A DNA stretch of 64,000 bases from a virus. Shown here in pieces: positions 31,062-40,118 of the stretch. The position numbers were made by a program, and so were the translations under genes. The stretch spans positions 45,391 to 109,390 of the IMG/VR virus record IMGVR_UViG_3300045988_169928; one strand, given 5' to 3'. The stretch's first letter is position 1. Every line of letters starts with the position of its first letter. A model generated the notes under the pieces. It had not been told where the DNA came from, ran no database searches, and worked only from the letters and a program-made list of their open reading frames with translations.

Positions 31062-31077
31062 AGCAGGTGAGGAACAT

Positions 31078-31599
31078 ATGAGTAAGAACAAACGATTAGA
31101 ACAAATGCAACAAAATCTAACTGAACCTGTTTATGGTATTGATCTTGATTTTGGGGTAGCAATTAACGGGTTGGTAGTTATCTACCAATACCGGACAGAT
31201 AGCCATGCTTTAGAAATTCTAAAGGAAAACAACCTGTTGTATGGAATTGAAGATACCAGCGGGTTCCCTTTTGGCAGGACTATGACTGGTTTTCGTATGC
31301 AATGTCAAACTACTGACTATAATGCCATTGCTGATTTAGTAGCTAAGATGGTTGTCAAGGGAGTTGAATCCACAAGCAAGCTCAAGGGTGCGGTTGAATA
31401 TCAAAAGAGTATCGATCGTTCTCTGTTGATTGTTTCTCCAGACTTCGTGATTCCTAGTGAAGTGTTGAAGATGTATCAAAACGTTAATTCAGTATCACGA
31501 ATTAGTTTTGATCATGCAAAGAGCGGTGTGGGTCGTTTAGCTGATATTGTGGAAGCTCACTGGACTAATCTTCAATTCCCTCAAAATTATCTTAGATAA
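31078..31599 (+). CDS. hypothetical early protein
   Basis: RBS GGTGAGGAAC. 173 aa. Confidence 0.5.
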   Translation: MSKNKRLEQMQQNLTEPVYGIDLDFGVAINGLVVIYQYRTDSHALEILKENNLLYGIEDTSGFPFGRTMTGFRMQCQTTDYNAIADLVAKMVVKGVESTSKLKGAVEYQKSIDRSLLIVSPDFVIPSEVLKMYQNVNSVSRISFDHAKSGVGRLADIVEAHWTNLQFPQNYLR

Positions 31600-31604
31600 A
31601 GTGT

Positions 31605-31640
31605 TGACATTGTAATTAATCTTTGATAATATATAAACCA
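31605..31640 (+). promoter_or_regulatory. sigma-70-like promoter upstream of tRNA genes
   Basis: TTGACA-ttgtaattaatctttga-TAATAT. Confidence 0.45.
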
Positions 31641-31789
31641 TCAGGCGGGAGAACCATCGGGTACAGGTGTTAAAATCTCCCTAAACTATCCAACTACCAT
31701 CAGCTAAGGCGTACCCCCTGACAAGAGTATTGCTGGTGGTTAAGTGACAATGCTAACAAGTTCCAGAAGCCTTATAGTTAGCATAATAA

Positions 31790-31862
31790 GCTAATTTAGC
31801 TCAATTGGCAGAGCGCCTGCCTTGTAAGCAGGAGGCTACAAGTTCGATTCTTGTAATTAGCA
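31790..31862 (+). tRNA. tRNA-Thr (anticodon UGU)
   Basis: Cloverleaf: acceptor GCTAATT/AATTAGC+A. Anticodon stem CCTGC/GCAGG with loop CTTGTAA. T-arm GTTCGATTC. Confidence 0.8.
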
Positions 31863-31926
31863 TTGTTGGCCATTTCTAACTTTCTCTTTTTTATCAATTC
31901 CCACTAGATCTTGTGGCCAACATTTT

Positions 31927-32015
31927 GGAGAATTACCCAAGTTGGTTGAAGGGGCACCCCTGCTAAGGGTGTAGGCCGGGAAACTGGTGCGAGAGTTCGA
32001 ATCTCTCATTCTCCG
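31927..32015 (+). tRNA. tRNA-Ser (anticodon GCU), long variable arm
   Basis: Acceptor GGAGAAT/ATTCTCC+G. Anticodon stem CACCC/GGGTG with loop CTGCTAA. Long extra arm. T-loop GTTCGAATC. Confidence 0.75.
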
Positions 32016-32120
32016 TTGCAACATCAACATATTGTTGAACCGTTGCAAACCTGACCGATATTTGATAATTTTTAGCCCGTAAAAATTTTGCAGTCGCTAT
32101 TAGTTCAGGTTGTTTAAGTG

Positions 32121-32155
32121 GGATAGTTATTAACTATCCTGCTTTTATTTATTAT
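32121..32155 (+). terminator. rho-independent terminator after tRNA cluster
   Basis: GGATAGTTATTAACTATCC hairpin plus TGCTTTTATTTATT. Followed by promoter TTGACA-N16-TACTAT at 32173-32204. Confidence 0.55.
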
Positions 32156-32223
32156 AATTTAAAAAAATGTATTGACAAAATGCTTGACCATGTTACTATT
32201 AAGTTTAAGGGGGTGGTCAAAAC

Positions 32224-32361
32224 ATGATAGCTGTAAGAGTTCTTTTCATAATTATGTTGATGTGGTTAGTAATGGACGCAATCATTAGTTCCCGTTGGTT
32301 CTTAAACTTTTGTATGAAACTAAGGCACCAATTCTATAAGAAAAGCAAGAAAAGAAAGTAG
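32224..32361 (+). CDS. small hydrophobic protein (46 aa)
   Basis: Strong RBS AAGGGGGTGG. MIAVRVLFIIMLMWLVMDAIISSRWF... Not in the ORF track (<60 aa). Confidence 0.4.
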   Translation: MIAVRVLFIIMLMWLVMDAIISSRWFLNFCMKLRHQFYKKSKKRK

Positions 32362-32373
32362 GAAGATAACAAG

Positions 32374-35349
32374 ATGAAGATCAAGATTATTATTGATTCA
32401 TATCAGGAAGATATGTTCAAAGTGGTAAATAATCAAGTTACCCAACAGGTTGCTAGTTCTAAGCTAGGTCGTATCTTGATGAACGAAGTGATTAATCACC
32501 CCCAAAAGGGGTTAGATACGAAAGATCATGATTTAAGCGTTGGCTTCTTTATTCAGGAAGTTCCTCGCATGATTAACGAAGATACCTATGCTAAGCCTAA
32601 AGCTGATACCATTAACAAGTATTTAACTAAACTTATCTTTAACATCAAACAGGATAAGCCCGATATTGTAGTTGTGTTTGGGTCTTGGTGTGCTAACGCT
32701 TTATGTAAGCGTACAGAAGTGAAGAAGAAACTATATGAGCTGACTAAGATTGACTTAGATGGGTTCACCACTTACTTTGCCTTTAGCCCTTCTCTCCGGC
32801 GGTTAAACCAATTGTCACCAATGGAGCATGACCAATACCTAATTCAGAATCGGACTATTAATCGTTTCTTAAAGGGTGGGTTTGTCAACACCCTCCCCCA
32901 GTTTGGTAAGTATGAATTACTAGATGATTTTGATAAGGTAAAACAAACTTTCGATTATGTTTCATCGTTACCAGATAAGCACGTTATTGCGATGGACTTT
33001 GAAACTAATACCCTAGAAACCTATCGTTCAGGGGCCAAGGCAATCATGCTAAGTATGTCGTGGGAAGAACACCAAGGGGTTTCAATCCCCCTCGAACACA
33101 AGTTGTATTCTAACCTTTGGACAAAAGAACAGTTCGACTATATCATTAATTGGATTTTATCCTTCTTTGATTCCCCACATTGGAAAGTCATGCACAACGC
33201 TAACTATGACCTTCAAATGTTAATGGATATTTATGGACTAAAACACGCCCAAAGAGTTTTAGATACCATGCTAATGTATTATGAAATGTACACCGAAGAA
33301 AAGGGTGCGCAACGTGGTCTAAAGCACCTTGCCTATCTTTTTACGGACATGGGAGGCTATGAAGATGAACGTGATCTGGCTATGGAAGATTACCTACAAA
33401 AGCACCATGATCGTTGGGAAAAGGAACAAAAAGAAAAGTTAGCTCGGGGTGAGATTAAACGGATTGTTAAATCACAGTATGAACCCCCTAAAAATGAAGT
33501 TGACGGCGGTAAATTTAACTTTGAATGGTTACCTTTAGATTTACTATATAAGTATGCTAGTGCTGATACAGACGTTACCTTACAGCTGTATCACAAGTTC
33601 TTGCCAAAGATTAGAGAACACCAAAAATGGTTTGATATGGTCTTTAACTACTACCCTAAGTTAGTAGAAACTCTATCCTTTATGCAAAGCACTGGGTTCA
33701 AGGTTGATCGGGATAAGTTAAATAATTATCACGACCACTTCCTAAAAGAACAAGAAGATATTACTAAGAAGATTTATGATACAGTCCCCGAAGTCAAGGA
33801 ACTAGAACATATACGTCAGGGTTATGTTCAGGAGAGGGAAAAGATTAAGCAGATTAAGCCTGCTGATCGAACCCCAGAACAGAAACAGAAATTTAAGGAC
33901 TACTTCAAATACTCTAAAAAAACTAATGGCCTATATGGTTATCAATTTAACCCGGGTAGTCGTGATGATGTAAATTATGTATTATATAAGATGATGGGGT
34001 ATGAACTACCACCAGAAAAAGAATATCTGTCGGACAAGTATTCCCGATATGCTGGGAAGGAAGATCAGATTACTTGGAAGATGTATAAGTCTGATCGTAA
34101 GGTTGCTTTACCATATATAAAGAATAAGTATCATGAACCATTGGCTGACTTATTACTTACTTACTCTAAGGATAAGAAGATGGTGAGTGGGGTTACTGAT
34201 TCTTATGGTAGTTTGTTAGATGACAATAGTATTATCCACACTAAATTCCAGATTACAGGAACCTCGACTGGCCGTCTTGCTAGTCAAAACCCGAACATTC
34301 AGAATATCCTCAAGCCAACTTCTAACGTTTATGACCCTAATTATAATTATCCCGTTAAAGCATTATTCGTGTCTAGGTTTGATAATGGATATATTTTCAA
34401 CATTGACTACAAGTCCCTAGAATACTTTGTGGCTGGATTGATTACCAAGGATTTAGGGCTTATGCAGACGTTAATGGACGGAGCCGATATTCATAAGTCT
34501 AATGCTAGTAAGGCGTTCCATGTTCCTTTTGATGAGGTTACTGCTGACCAACGTTTTAAGGCTAAATCAGTAGGTTTCGGGCTTATGTATGGCGAGACAG
34601 AGCAAGGGTTAGCTGAAACATTGCATTCCAGCCTAGAAGAAGCTAAGGACACAATGCAAAAGGTGTTAGGGGCCATGCCGACCCTATCTAAGGTCATTGA
34701 CGCCGTACACAATTTTGTTGAACAACGCGGATATGTTGAAACTATTCGGGGGCACGTTCGCCGTCTCCCTGACGCAAAGTATGGTAGCTATGGTAGTAAG
34801 GCAAGGGCGCTTCGACAGTCCTTCAATGCGCTTGTCCAAGGTAGTGGGGCTAACGTTACTAACACAGCCTTGATTAAGGTTAGAGAAGTGCTACGGGGCT
34901 ATAAGTCAGAACTGGTTGCAACGGTTCACGATAGTATTGTGCTAGATGTCCACCCTGACGAAGTAATGATAGTTCCTAGATTAGTTAAGGAAATCATGGA
35001 ACAGGTAGAAATTCCTGCCTTCATTCTTAACATTGCTGATTTTCCTGATTTACGAATTGATGATAAGTACAAGATCAATGATAAACAGTTCCGTTTCCCA
35101 CTCTTTGCGGAAATTGAATTTGGCCACGTATATGGAGAAGAACTCGACTATGATGTTGATCTAATAGGCCAAGTTGGTATGGACAGGTATTATGATTATG
35201 CGAAGAAGGTTAAGTATTCTAAGGATAAACTTAATACTGACTTAGGCAAAGAAGATGATGAAGATAAGAAGGAACAATTAGTTAAGGAACATGATGAATA
35301 TCTTAACCAACTAAAAACTGGTTTGGTAGGTGATAATAATGACTGTTAA
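32374..35349 (+). CDS. DNA polymerase, family A (Pol I-like) with N-terminal 3'-5' exonuclease
   Basis: Exo I IAMDFETNTL. Pol motif A FNIDYKSLEYFVAG (DYSQIELR-like). Motif B RFKAKSVGFGLMYG. Motif C VHDSIVLDV. Confidence 0.9.
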   Translation: MKIKIIIDSYQEDMFKVVNNQVTQQVASSKLGRILMNEVINHPQKGLDTKDHDLSVGFFIQEVPRMINEDTYAKPKADTINKYLTKLIFNIKQDKPDIVVVFGSWCANALCKRTEVKKKLYELTKIDLDGFTTYFAFSPSLRRLNQLSPMEHDQYLIQNRTINRFLKGGFVNTLPQFGKYELLDDFDKVKQTFDYVSSLPDKHVIAMDFETNTLETYRSGAKAIMLSMSWEEHQGVSIPLEHKLYSNLWTKEQFDYIINWILSFFDSPHWKVMHNANYDLQMLMDIYGLKHAQRVLDTMLMYYEMYTEEKGAQRGLKHLAYLFTDMGGYEDERDLAMEDYLQKHHDRWEKEQKEKLARGEIKRIVKSQYEPPKNEVDGGKFNFEWLPLDLLYKYASADTDVTLQLYHKFLPKIREHQKWFDMVFNYYPKLVETLSFMQSTGFKVDRDKLNNYHDHFLKEQEDITKKIYDTVPEVKELEHIRQGYVQEREKIKQIKPADRTPEQKQKFKDYFKYSKKTNGLYGYQFNPGSRDDVNYVLYKMMGYELPPEKEYLSDKYSRYAGKEDQITWKMYKSDRKVALPYIKNKYHEPLADLLLTYSKDKKMVSGVTDSYGSLLDDNSIIHTKFQITGTSTGRLASQNPNIQNILKPTSNVYDPNYNYPVKALFVSRFDNGYIFNIDYKSLEYFVAGLITKDLGLMQTLMDGADIHKSNASKAFHVPFDEVTADQRFKAKSVGFGLMYGETEQGLAETLHSSLEEAKDTMQKVLGAMPTLSKVIDAVHNFVEQRGYVETIRGHVRRLPDAKYGSYGSKARALRQSFNALVQGSGANVTNTALIKVREVLRGYKSELVATVHDSIVLDVHPDEVMIVPRLVKEIMEQVEIPAFILNIADFPDLRIDDKYKINDKQFRFPLFAEIEFGHVYGEELDYDVDLIGQVGMDRYYDYAKKVKYSKDKLNTDLGKEDDEDKKEQLVKEHDEYLNQLKTGLVGDNNDC

Positions 35350-35563
35350 GATCAAGCTGTTCAAGCCCGAAGATCACTATACCGATACGGACGTGGATAA
35401 CTTCATTAAATCCCACTTCGTTTACCGGATTGAAACTTTCCCTCATGCTAATAAAGCTGGTGCTGGTCACTACGTAGCATTAACCTATAAAGAGAACGAG
35501 TATACCCCTAATAGCTCACAGGGGGACAATACAGACACTTTAGCCAAGCATATGTACAATTAA
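35330..35563 (+). CDS. hypothetical protein
   Basis: 77 aa. Overlaps the pol stop. Followed by terminator 35582-35618 (AAGCCCTTAGAAACGATTCTAGGGGCTTTCTTTTTT). Confidence 0.4.
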   Translation: MIIMTVKIKLFKPEDHYTDTDVDNFIKSHFVYRIETFPHANKAGAGHYVALTYKENEYTPNSSQGDNTDTLAKHMYN

Positions 35564-35709
35564 TCGAATAATCACTAAAAGCCCTTAGAAACGATTCTAG
35601 GGGCTTTCTTTTTTATAAAATAAAATGTATCTTTTTTTGTATTTGGTGTTTCAAAAAAATATAAATGTGATATAATAAAGTCATCAACAAATGAAAGAAG
35701 GGATTAAAA

Positions 35710-35904
35710 TTGAAGCAAGAAGATATGACAGAGTTAGATAAGGCTAAGGCTGTTATCGTTGACAAGAATAATAGCTTTGCCAAATTAAGAGAAGTGGCCG
35801 GTGGTTCTATTTCACGTCTTAATGTCTACCGTCATAACCCTGAAAAGTTAAGAACAGCAAGGTGGATTGTTGTTCACAATCTAGCTAGTCTGTATCATGA
35901 ATAG
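35710..35904 (+). CDS. small protein, possible HTH
   Basis: Track start is TTG; an ATG lies 5 codons downstream (MTELDKAK). SFAKLREVAGGSISRLNVY is weakly HTH-like. Confidence 0.35.
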   Translation: MKQEDMTELDKAKAVIVDKNNSFAKLREVAGGSISRLNVYRHNPEKLRTARWIVVHNLASLYHE

Positions 35905-35915
35905 AAGGAATAAAC

Positions 35916-36728
35916 ATGGAAAACAAATTACAACTATTTGATTTCAAAGGGCAACAAGTCCGCACAGTGATCATTGACAATGAGCCTTACTTCGTTGGTA
36001 AGGACGTTGCAATGATTCTTGGATATAAAGATTTAAGCCGTGCTCTTAATCAGCACGTAGAAAAAGAAAGCCGCAAGTCCTTGTCCCTCAAGGCTTCGGG
36101 CGATTCGTACCCTAGCCTATGGGAAGGCAAAAACGATTTTTCAAATAAGATAGTAATTAATGAGTCGGGAGTTTATGATTTGATTTTTAATTCCCAATTA
36201 CCGAAAGCTCATGAGTTCAAACACTGGGTCACTAGCGAAGTCCTCCCATCAATTCGCAAGCACGGTGCCTATTTAACGCCAGACAAGATTGAGGAAGTCT
36301 TGTTGAACCCAGATACTTTGATTAAACTTGCAACAGAACTCAAGAAAGAACGTGAAGGGCGTGTGTTGGCTGAACAAAAAATCCAACAGGATCGTCCAAA
36401 AGTCTTATTCGCTGACGCAGTATCAGCAAGTGACACGCCTATTCTAATTGGTGAGTTAACAAAGATCTTAAAGCAAAATGGGATTGAGATTGGACAGAAC
36501 CGATTGTTTGTTTGGTTAAGGAGTAAAGGCTACCTAATCTCACGGAATGGTACAGACTACAATACACCAACACAGAAAAGCATGGAATTAGGTCTATTTA
36601 AGATTAAAGAACGCACCCGTGTTTCTAGTGACGGTAGTGTTAAGATCACTAAGACGTCAATGGTAACGGGTAAAGGTCAGCAATACTTTGTTAATAAGTT
36701 TTTAGGCGAGAAATATAGTATCAAGTAA
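35916..36728 (+). CDS. antirepressor (Bro-N domain + KilA-C/ANT C-terminal domain)
   Basis: FDFKGQQVRTVIIDNEPYFVGKDVAMILGY (Bro-N). C-terminal RPKVLFADAVSASDTPILIGELTKIL...FVWLRSKGYLISRNG (KilAC). Confidence 0.8.
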   Translation: MENKLQLFDFKGQQVRTVIIDNEPYFVGKDVAMILGYKDLSRALNQHVEKESRKSLSLKASGDSYPSLWEGKNDFSNKIVINESGVYDLIFNSQLPKAHEFKHWVTSEVLPSIRKHGAYLTPDKIEEVLLNPDTLIKLATELKKEREGRVLAEQKIQQDRPKVLFADAVSASDTPILIGELTKILKQNGIEIGQNRLFVWLRSKGYLISRNGTDYNTPTQKSMELGLFKIKERTRVSSDGSVKITKTSMVTGKGQQYFVNKFLGEKYSIK

Positions 36729-36740
36729 AGGAGTTTTACA

Positions 36741-37490
36741 ATGAAATATAAAGAATTTATTCAAGCAGTTGATTCATTAACTAATGAGGCTTTAGTAGCA
36801 AACAAGGAGGCTATTCCTTGGAAGGTCGATATTGATGATCAAGATGTTAAAGTAGTTAATCAAAAGACGGGTCAGCCATTGCTTAAAATCAGTAAACATA
36901 CTTATGGTACTATGCTAGTATATCAACTAACTGATTCAACAGCAGTTAGTATCTTTGAGGAGGCGGTTTTGCTTAATGAAACTCCTCTAGATGAACGTGA
37001 TGAAGTTGTTAATTACAATCCCTTACATGATTCCATTAACTTTTTGAAGGAAGTATCTAGCCAACTTACTCGAGGGTTGACCCAACAAAACTGGAACTCA
37101 AATGGGGAAGAATATCGGACGTTTTACTTTGTATGTTTCAAGTTGTGGGCAACCAAAGAATTTGTAACAGTTAATGGCCCACACTTACAAGGGTCTTTAT
37201 CATTAAAATGTAAGTCTACGGACACTTTTGAGGATAAGATTAAGAGTTTGATTCATATGGCTAACATATTCAAAGACGCCTTATCTTTGCGTGAAGAAAC
37301 CATTAATTCGGCTTTGGAAGTTCTAGATGACCATAAAGATGATCCATCACTCCAGTTTAGCATGGGTAGGATTATCATTAATAACAAGCATATTATTATC
37401 TCTACTGATTCTGGTGCCTACTTCATGTGGACAAATAAGCCAACCTATTTTGGATCACAAAAAAAGTTCCACGAAATCCTTGACGACTAA
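36741..37490 (+). CDS. hypothetical protein
   Basis: RBS AAGGAG. 249 aa. Confidence 0.5.
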   Translation: MKYKEFIQAVDSLTNEALVANKEAIPWKVDIDDQDVKVVNQKTGQPLLKISKHTYGTMLVYQLTDSTAVSIFEEAVLLNETPLDERDEVVNYNPLHDSINFLKEVSSQLTRGLTQQNWNSNGEEYRTFYFVCFKLWATKEFVTVNGPHLQGSLSLKCKSTDTFEDKIKSLIHMANIFKDALSLREETINSALEVLDDHKDDPSLQFSMGRIIINNKHIIISTDSGAYFMWTNKPTYFGSQKKFHEILDD

Positions 37491-38105
37491 ACTTTAGTAT
37501 GCTATTATAATAAATGTAAACTTGAAGTGGGTGAATAAGGGTCTTGCAAACCCGCCCCTCATGATTACCTGTAAAGCACCTAAGACGTGGTTAAATGGTA
37601 GCTTAACTATTTCAATTGGTAACAGGTAATAGTGTTACCAACTAGAGAAAAAAATCTAGGGTGGTGGTAATCATGGAAATTAGCTTGAGGATTTAGGGTA
37701 GCCACGGACTGGCTAACCACAATACTATACCCGTAGTTAAATCGCCTTGAACAAGCGAATGACCCAAAGCGGGAGGTCTCATTAAGGTAGTTACCGATGA
37801 AGCGTGGTAACACGTGTATAACAGTCCAGTGGTGTATGAGTAGCTAACGGTACATAAACAGCAAATTTATGTATATTACAATCTATGCTTACGCTTAGTG
37901 AAAGTTGGTGGGTACCGATCCCAGCCCAGCCTTGGCCATTTGCTATCAGAGCTGTTTGTTGACGAATAAATAGTAAGCCTGATAGGTGCTGTCACCTAAT
38001 AAAGTCTGTTTGCTGATATTCCACGTAAACCAATACGCAAGTTTATAAAAGAAGCTCACTACCCAATATGGGTGGTGGGCTTTTATTGTATATTACAATT
38101 GATAG
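37491..38105 (+). other. 615-bp GC-richer intergenic segment with multiple stable hairpins ending in a terminator-like hairpin (38056-38090); candidate structured ncRNA
   Basis: No credible ORF. 8-bp hairpin TGGTAACA-ggtaatag-TGTTACCA. TTACC-gatgaagcgt-GGTAA. Terminal GCTCACTACCCAATATGGGTGGTGGGCTTTTATT. Confidence 0.3.
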
Positions 38106-38117
38106 GTGGTGAAAAGA

Positions 38118-39038
38118 ATGTCTTTAAAAGATATACAAGATTATTTTACAATTGTAGATGACGCAGGTAGCTTACAGAATTATACAGGCAACCCAGATTA
38201 TGCGTTAGATGATAAATGGAAGAATATCAGCCTAGATGATTTAGGGTTAAATAAAGATATTATTCAACAGGAATTACTTGGTTTAGGGAGGGATTTAGTA
38301 GACCCAGTAACTGGTGAATCCTATTCAGATGAGTTCTATCAGAATATGTTAATTCGGGCAGTCTCACAAACAGAGAAGAAGTTTGACTTGGCAATTCTTC
38401 CTCGGTTACAAGTTGATCGGCTAGACTATCACCGGAATGATTTTAATGCGTTTGCTTATATGAATACAACTTTACGGCCAATTTTGACGGTAAAAGATTT
38501 AACATTGTACTATAACAATCAAACGATTATGCGAGTTCCTATGGAATGGGTCAAGGTTAATAATCGTTCGGGTCAGATTCAGGTTTCTCCTAGTATCTTA
38601 ATGCAAGGGTTAAATACAACCATTAACCCGACTATCTACCCAATCCTTTCTAACCCGTATGGTATGGCTCCAACACCATTCCAACAGATTGAAGTAAGTC
38701 CTCAAATGCTAGGGGTAACATCTGTTGTGGGTATGATGCCGGCTAGTGATCGAATTGGTGAGTTCCATGACTATCAGATTCAGCCAGACGTCCAATCCTA
38801 TGTGGCTAAACTAGCCGCAATTGAAATTCTAGAAAAGTGGGGTCGTAACATTATCGGGGCTGGGATTGCTTCCTATAATGTTTCGATGGACGGAATTTCA
38901 ACGGGAATGAACACCACAGCAAGTGCCGAAAATACGGCTACCACGGCTGATATTAAGTTACTACAATCAGATATGAAATCTTTAGCAGACGGTATCAAAG
39001 CATACTATGGTAACCCAGAAATTGGTTTTTACAATTAA
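38118..39038 (+). CDS. hypothetical (possibly virion-associated) protein whose C-terminal 16 aa are duplicated at the end of the next gene
   Basis: ATG at 38118 with RBS AGGTGGTGA (the track starts at GTG 38106). C-terminus ...LADGIKAYYGNPEIGFYN. Confidence 0.6.
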   Translation: MSLKDIQDYFTIVDDAGSLQNYTGNPDYALDDKWKNISLDDLGLNKDIIQQELLGLGRDLVDPVTGESYSDEFYQNMLIRAVSQTEKKFDLAILPRLQVDRLDYHRNDFNAFAYMNTTLRPILTVKDLTLYYNNQTIMRVPMEWVKVNNRSGQIQVSPSILMQGLNTTINPTIYPILSNPYGMAPTPFQQIEVSPQMLGVTSVVGMMPASDRIGEFHDYQIQPDVQSYVAKLAAIEILEKWGRNIIGAGIASYNVSMDGISTGMNTTASAENTATTADIKLLQSDMKSLADGIKAYYGNPEIGFYN

Positions 39039-39099
39039 AGCTATTGATAAATAAAACAAACTTCTGTATTATTGATGATGTAGATACGGGGGGTTTATT

Positions 39100-40038
39100 A
39101 TGGTAAAACGTAAAACAGATAAACAATTTAAACAAGAGGTCTTTGACCTAGTAGGTAATGAATATACATTCTTAGATACTTATGTTAATACTATGACTAA
39201 GATAAGAGTTAAACATAATAAATGTGGGAATACCTACGAGGTAACACCTGATAATTTTCTACATGGCAATCGTTGTTCATATTGTGCAGGTAATGCTAGG
39301 AAAACAGATAAACAATTTAAACAAGAAGTATTTGACCTAGTAGGTAGTGAATACACATTTTTAGATAAATATGTTAATAGTCAAACCAAGTTAAGGGTTA
39401 AGCATAATAATTGTGGAAATGTTTACAGGGTTATCCCCAATAATTTTCTTAGGGGTAAGCGTTGTTCATATTGTTATGGTAATACTAAGAAAACAGATAA
39501 ACAATTTAAACAAGAAGTCTTTGACCTAGTAGGTAATGAGTATACATTCTTAGATCCTTATGTTAGTAACGAGACTAAGATAAGAGTTAAACATAATAAA
39601 TGTGGAAATGTATATAAGGTAATACCCACTAATTTTCTTAGGGGTAAGCGTTGTCCTTTTTGCACCGACACCCCTAAAGGTGAACTTATTATCATTAAAA
39701 TTTTAGATAAGCTAGGTATTAATTATGATTACCAGAAAACGTTTGATGATCTGAAAGATGATAGGCTTTTATCCTATGATTTCTATCTTCCAGATCAGAA
39801 TATCCTAATTGAGTACCAAGGACTACAACATTACCAACCAATTGATTACTTTGGTGGAGAAACTAAGTTTAAAATCCAACAGAAACATGACCAGATGAAG
39901 TTGAATTATGCTAAAAAACATGGATACAATTTAATCTTAGTTCCATACACAGTAGATACTTTACCTAAGATTATGAAGGATCTGGCCAATGGTATTAAGG
40001 CTTACTATGGAAATCCAGAGGTTGGTTTCTACAACTAA
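39100..40038 (+). CDS. freestanding endonuclease (putative homing endonuclease): 3 tandem zinc-ribbon repeats + C-terminal Vsr/DUF559-like PD-(D/E)xK nuclease domain
   Basis: Three ~63-aa repeats KTDKQFKQEVFDLVG.EYTFLD.YVN..TK.RVKHNKCGN.Y.V.P.NFL.G.RC.YC. C-terminal YDFYLPDQNILIEYQGLQHYQP (Vsr-like D...E.QG.QH pattern). Ends with NGIKAYYGNPEVGFYN copied from the upstream gene. Confidence 0.65.
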   Translation: MVKRKTDKQFKQEVFDLVGNEYTFLDTYVNTMTKIRVKHNKCGNTYEVTPDNFLHGNRCSYCAGNARKTDKQFKQEVFDLVGSEYTFLDKYVNSQTKLRVKHNNCGNVYRVIPNNFLRGKRCSYCYGNTKKTDKQFKQEVFDLVGNEYTFLDPYVSNETKIRVKHNKCGNVYKVIPTNFLRGKRCPFCTDTPKGELIIIKILDKLGINYDYQKTFDDLKDDRLLSYDFYLPDQNILIEYQGLQHYQPIDYFGGETKFKIQQKHDQMKLNYAKKHGYNLILVPYTVDTLPKIMKDLANGIKAYYGNPEVGFYN

Positions 40039-40118
40039 ACGTCTATTTAAGATAAAGTTTGCTAATATAGCTATATTGAAAGTAGTAAATTAAATCACTT
40101 AACAGAAAAGGGGATTAT

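Noticed and set aside
37491-38105. Group I intron splitting genes 36741-37490 and 38118-39038
   Set aside because: Could not identify P7/P3/P4 core pairings or an omega-G/exon junction context. The flanking ORFs each have their own RBS and do not look like halves of one protein. Kept only as a generic structured-RNA candidate.
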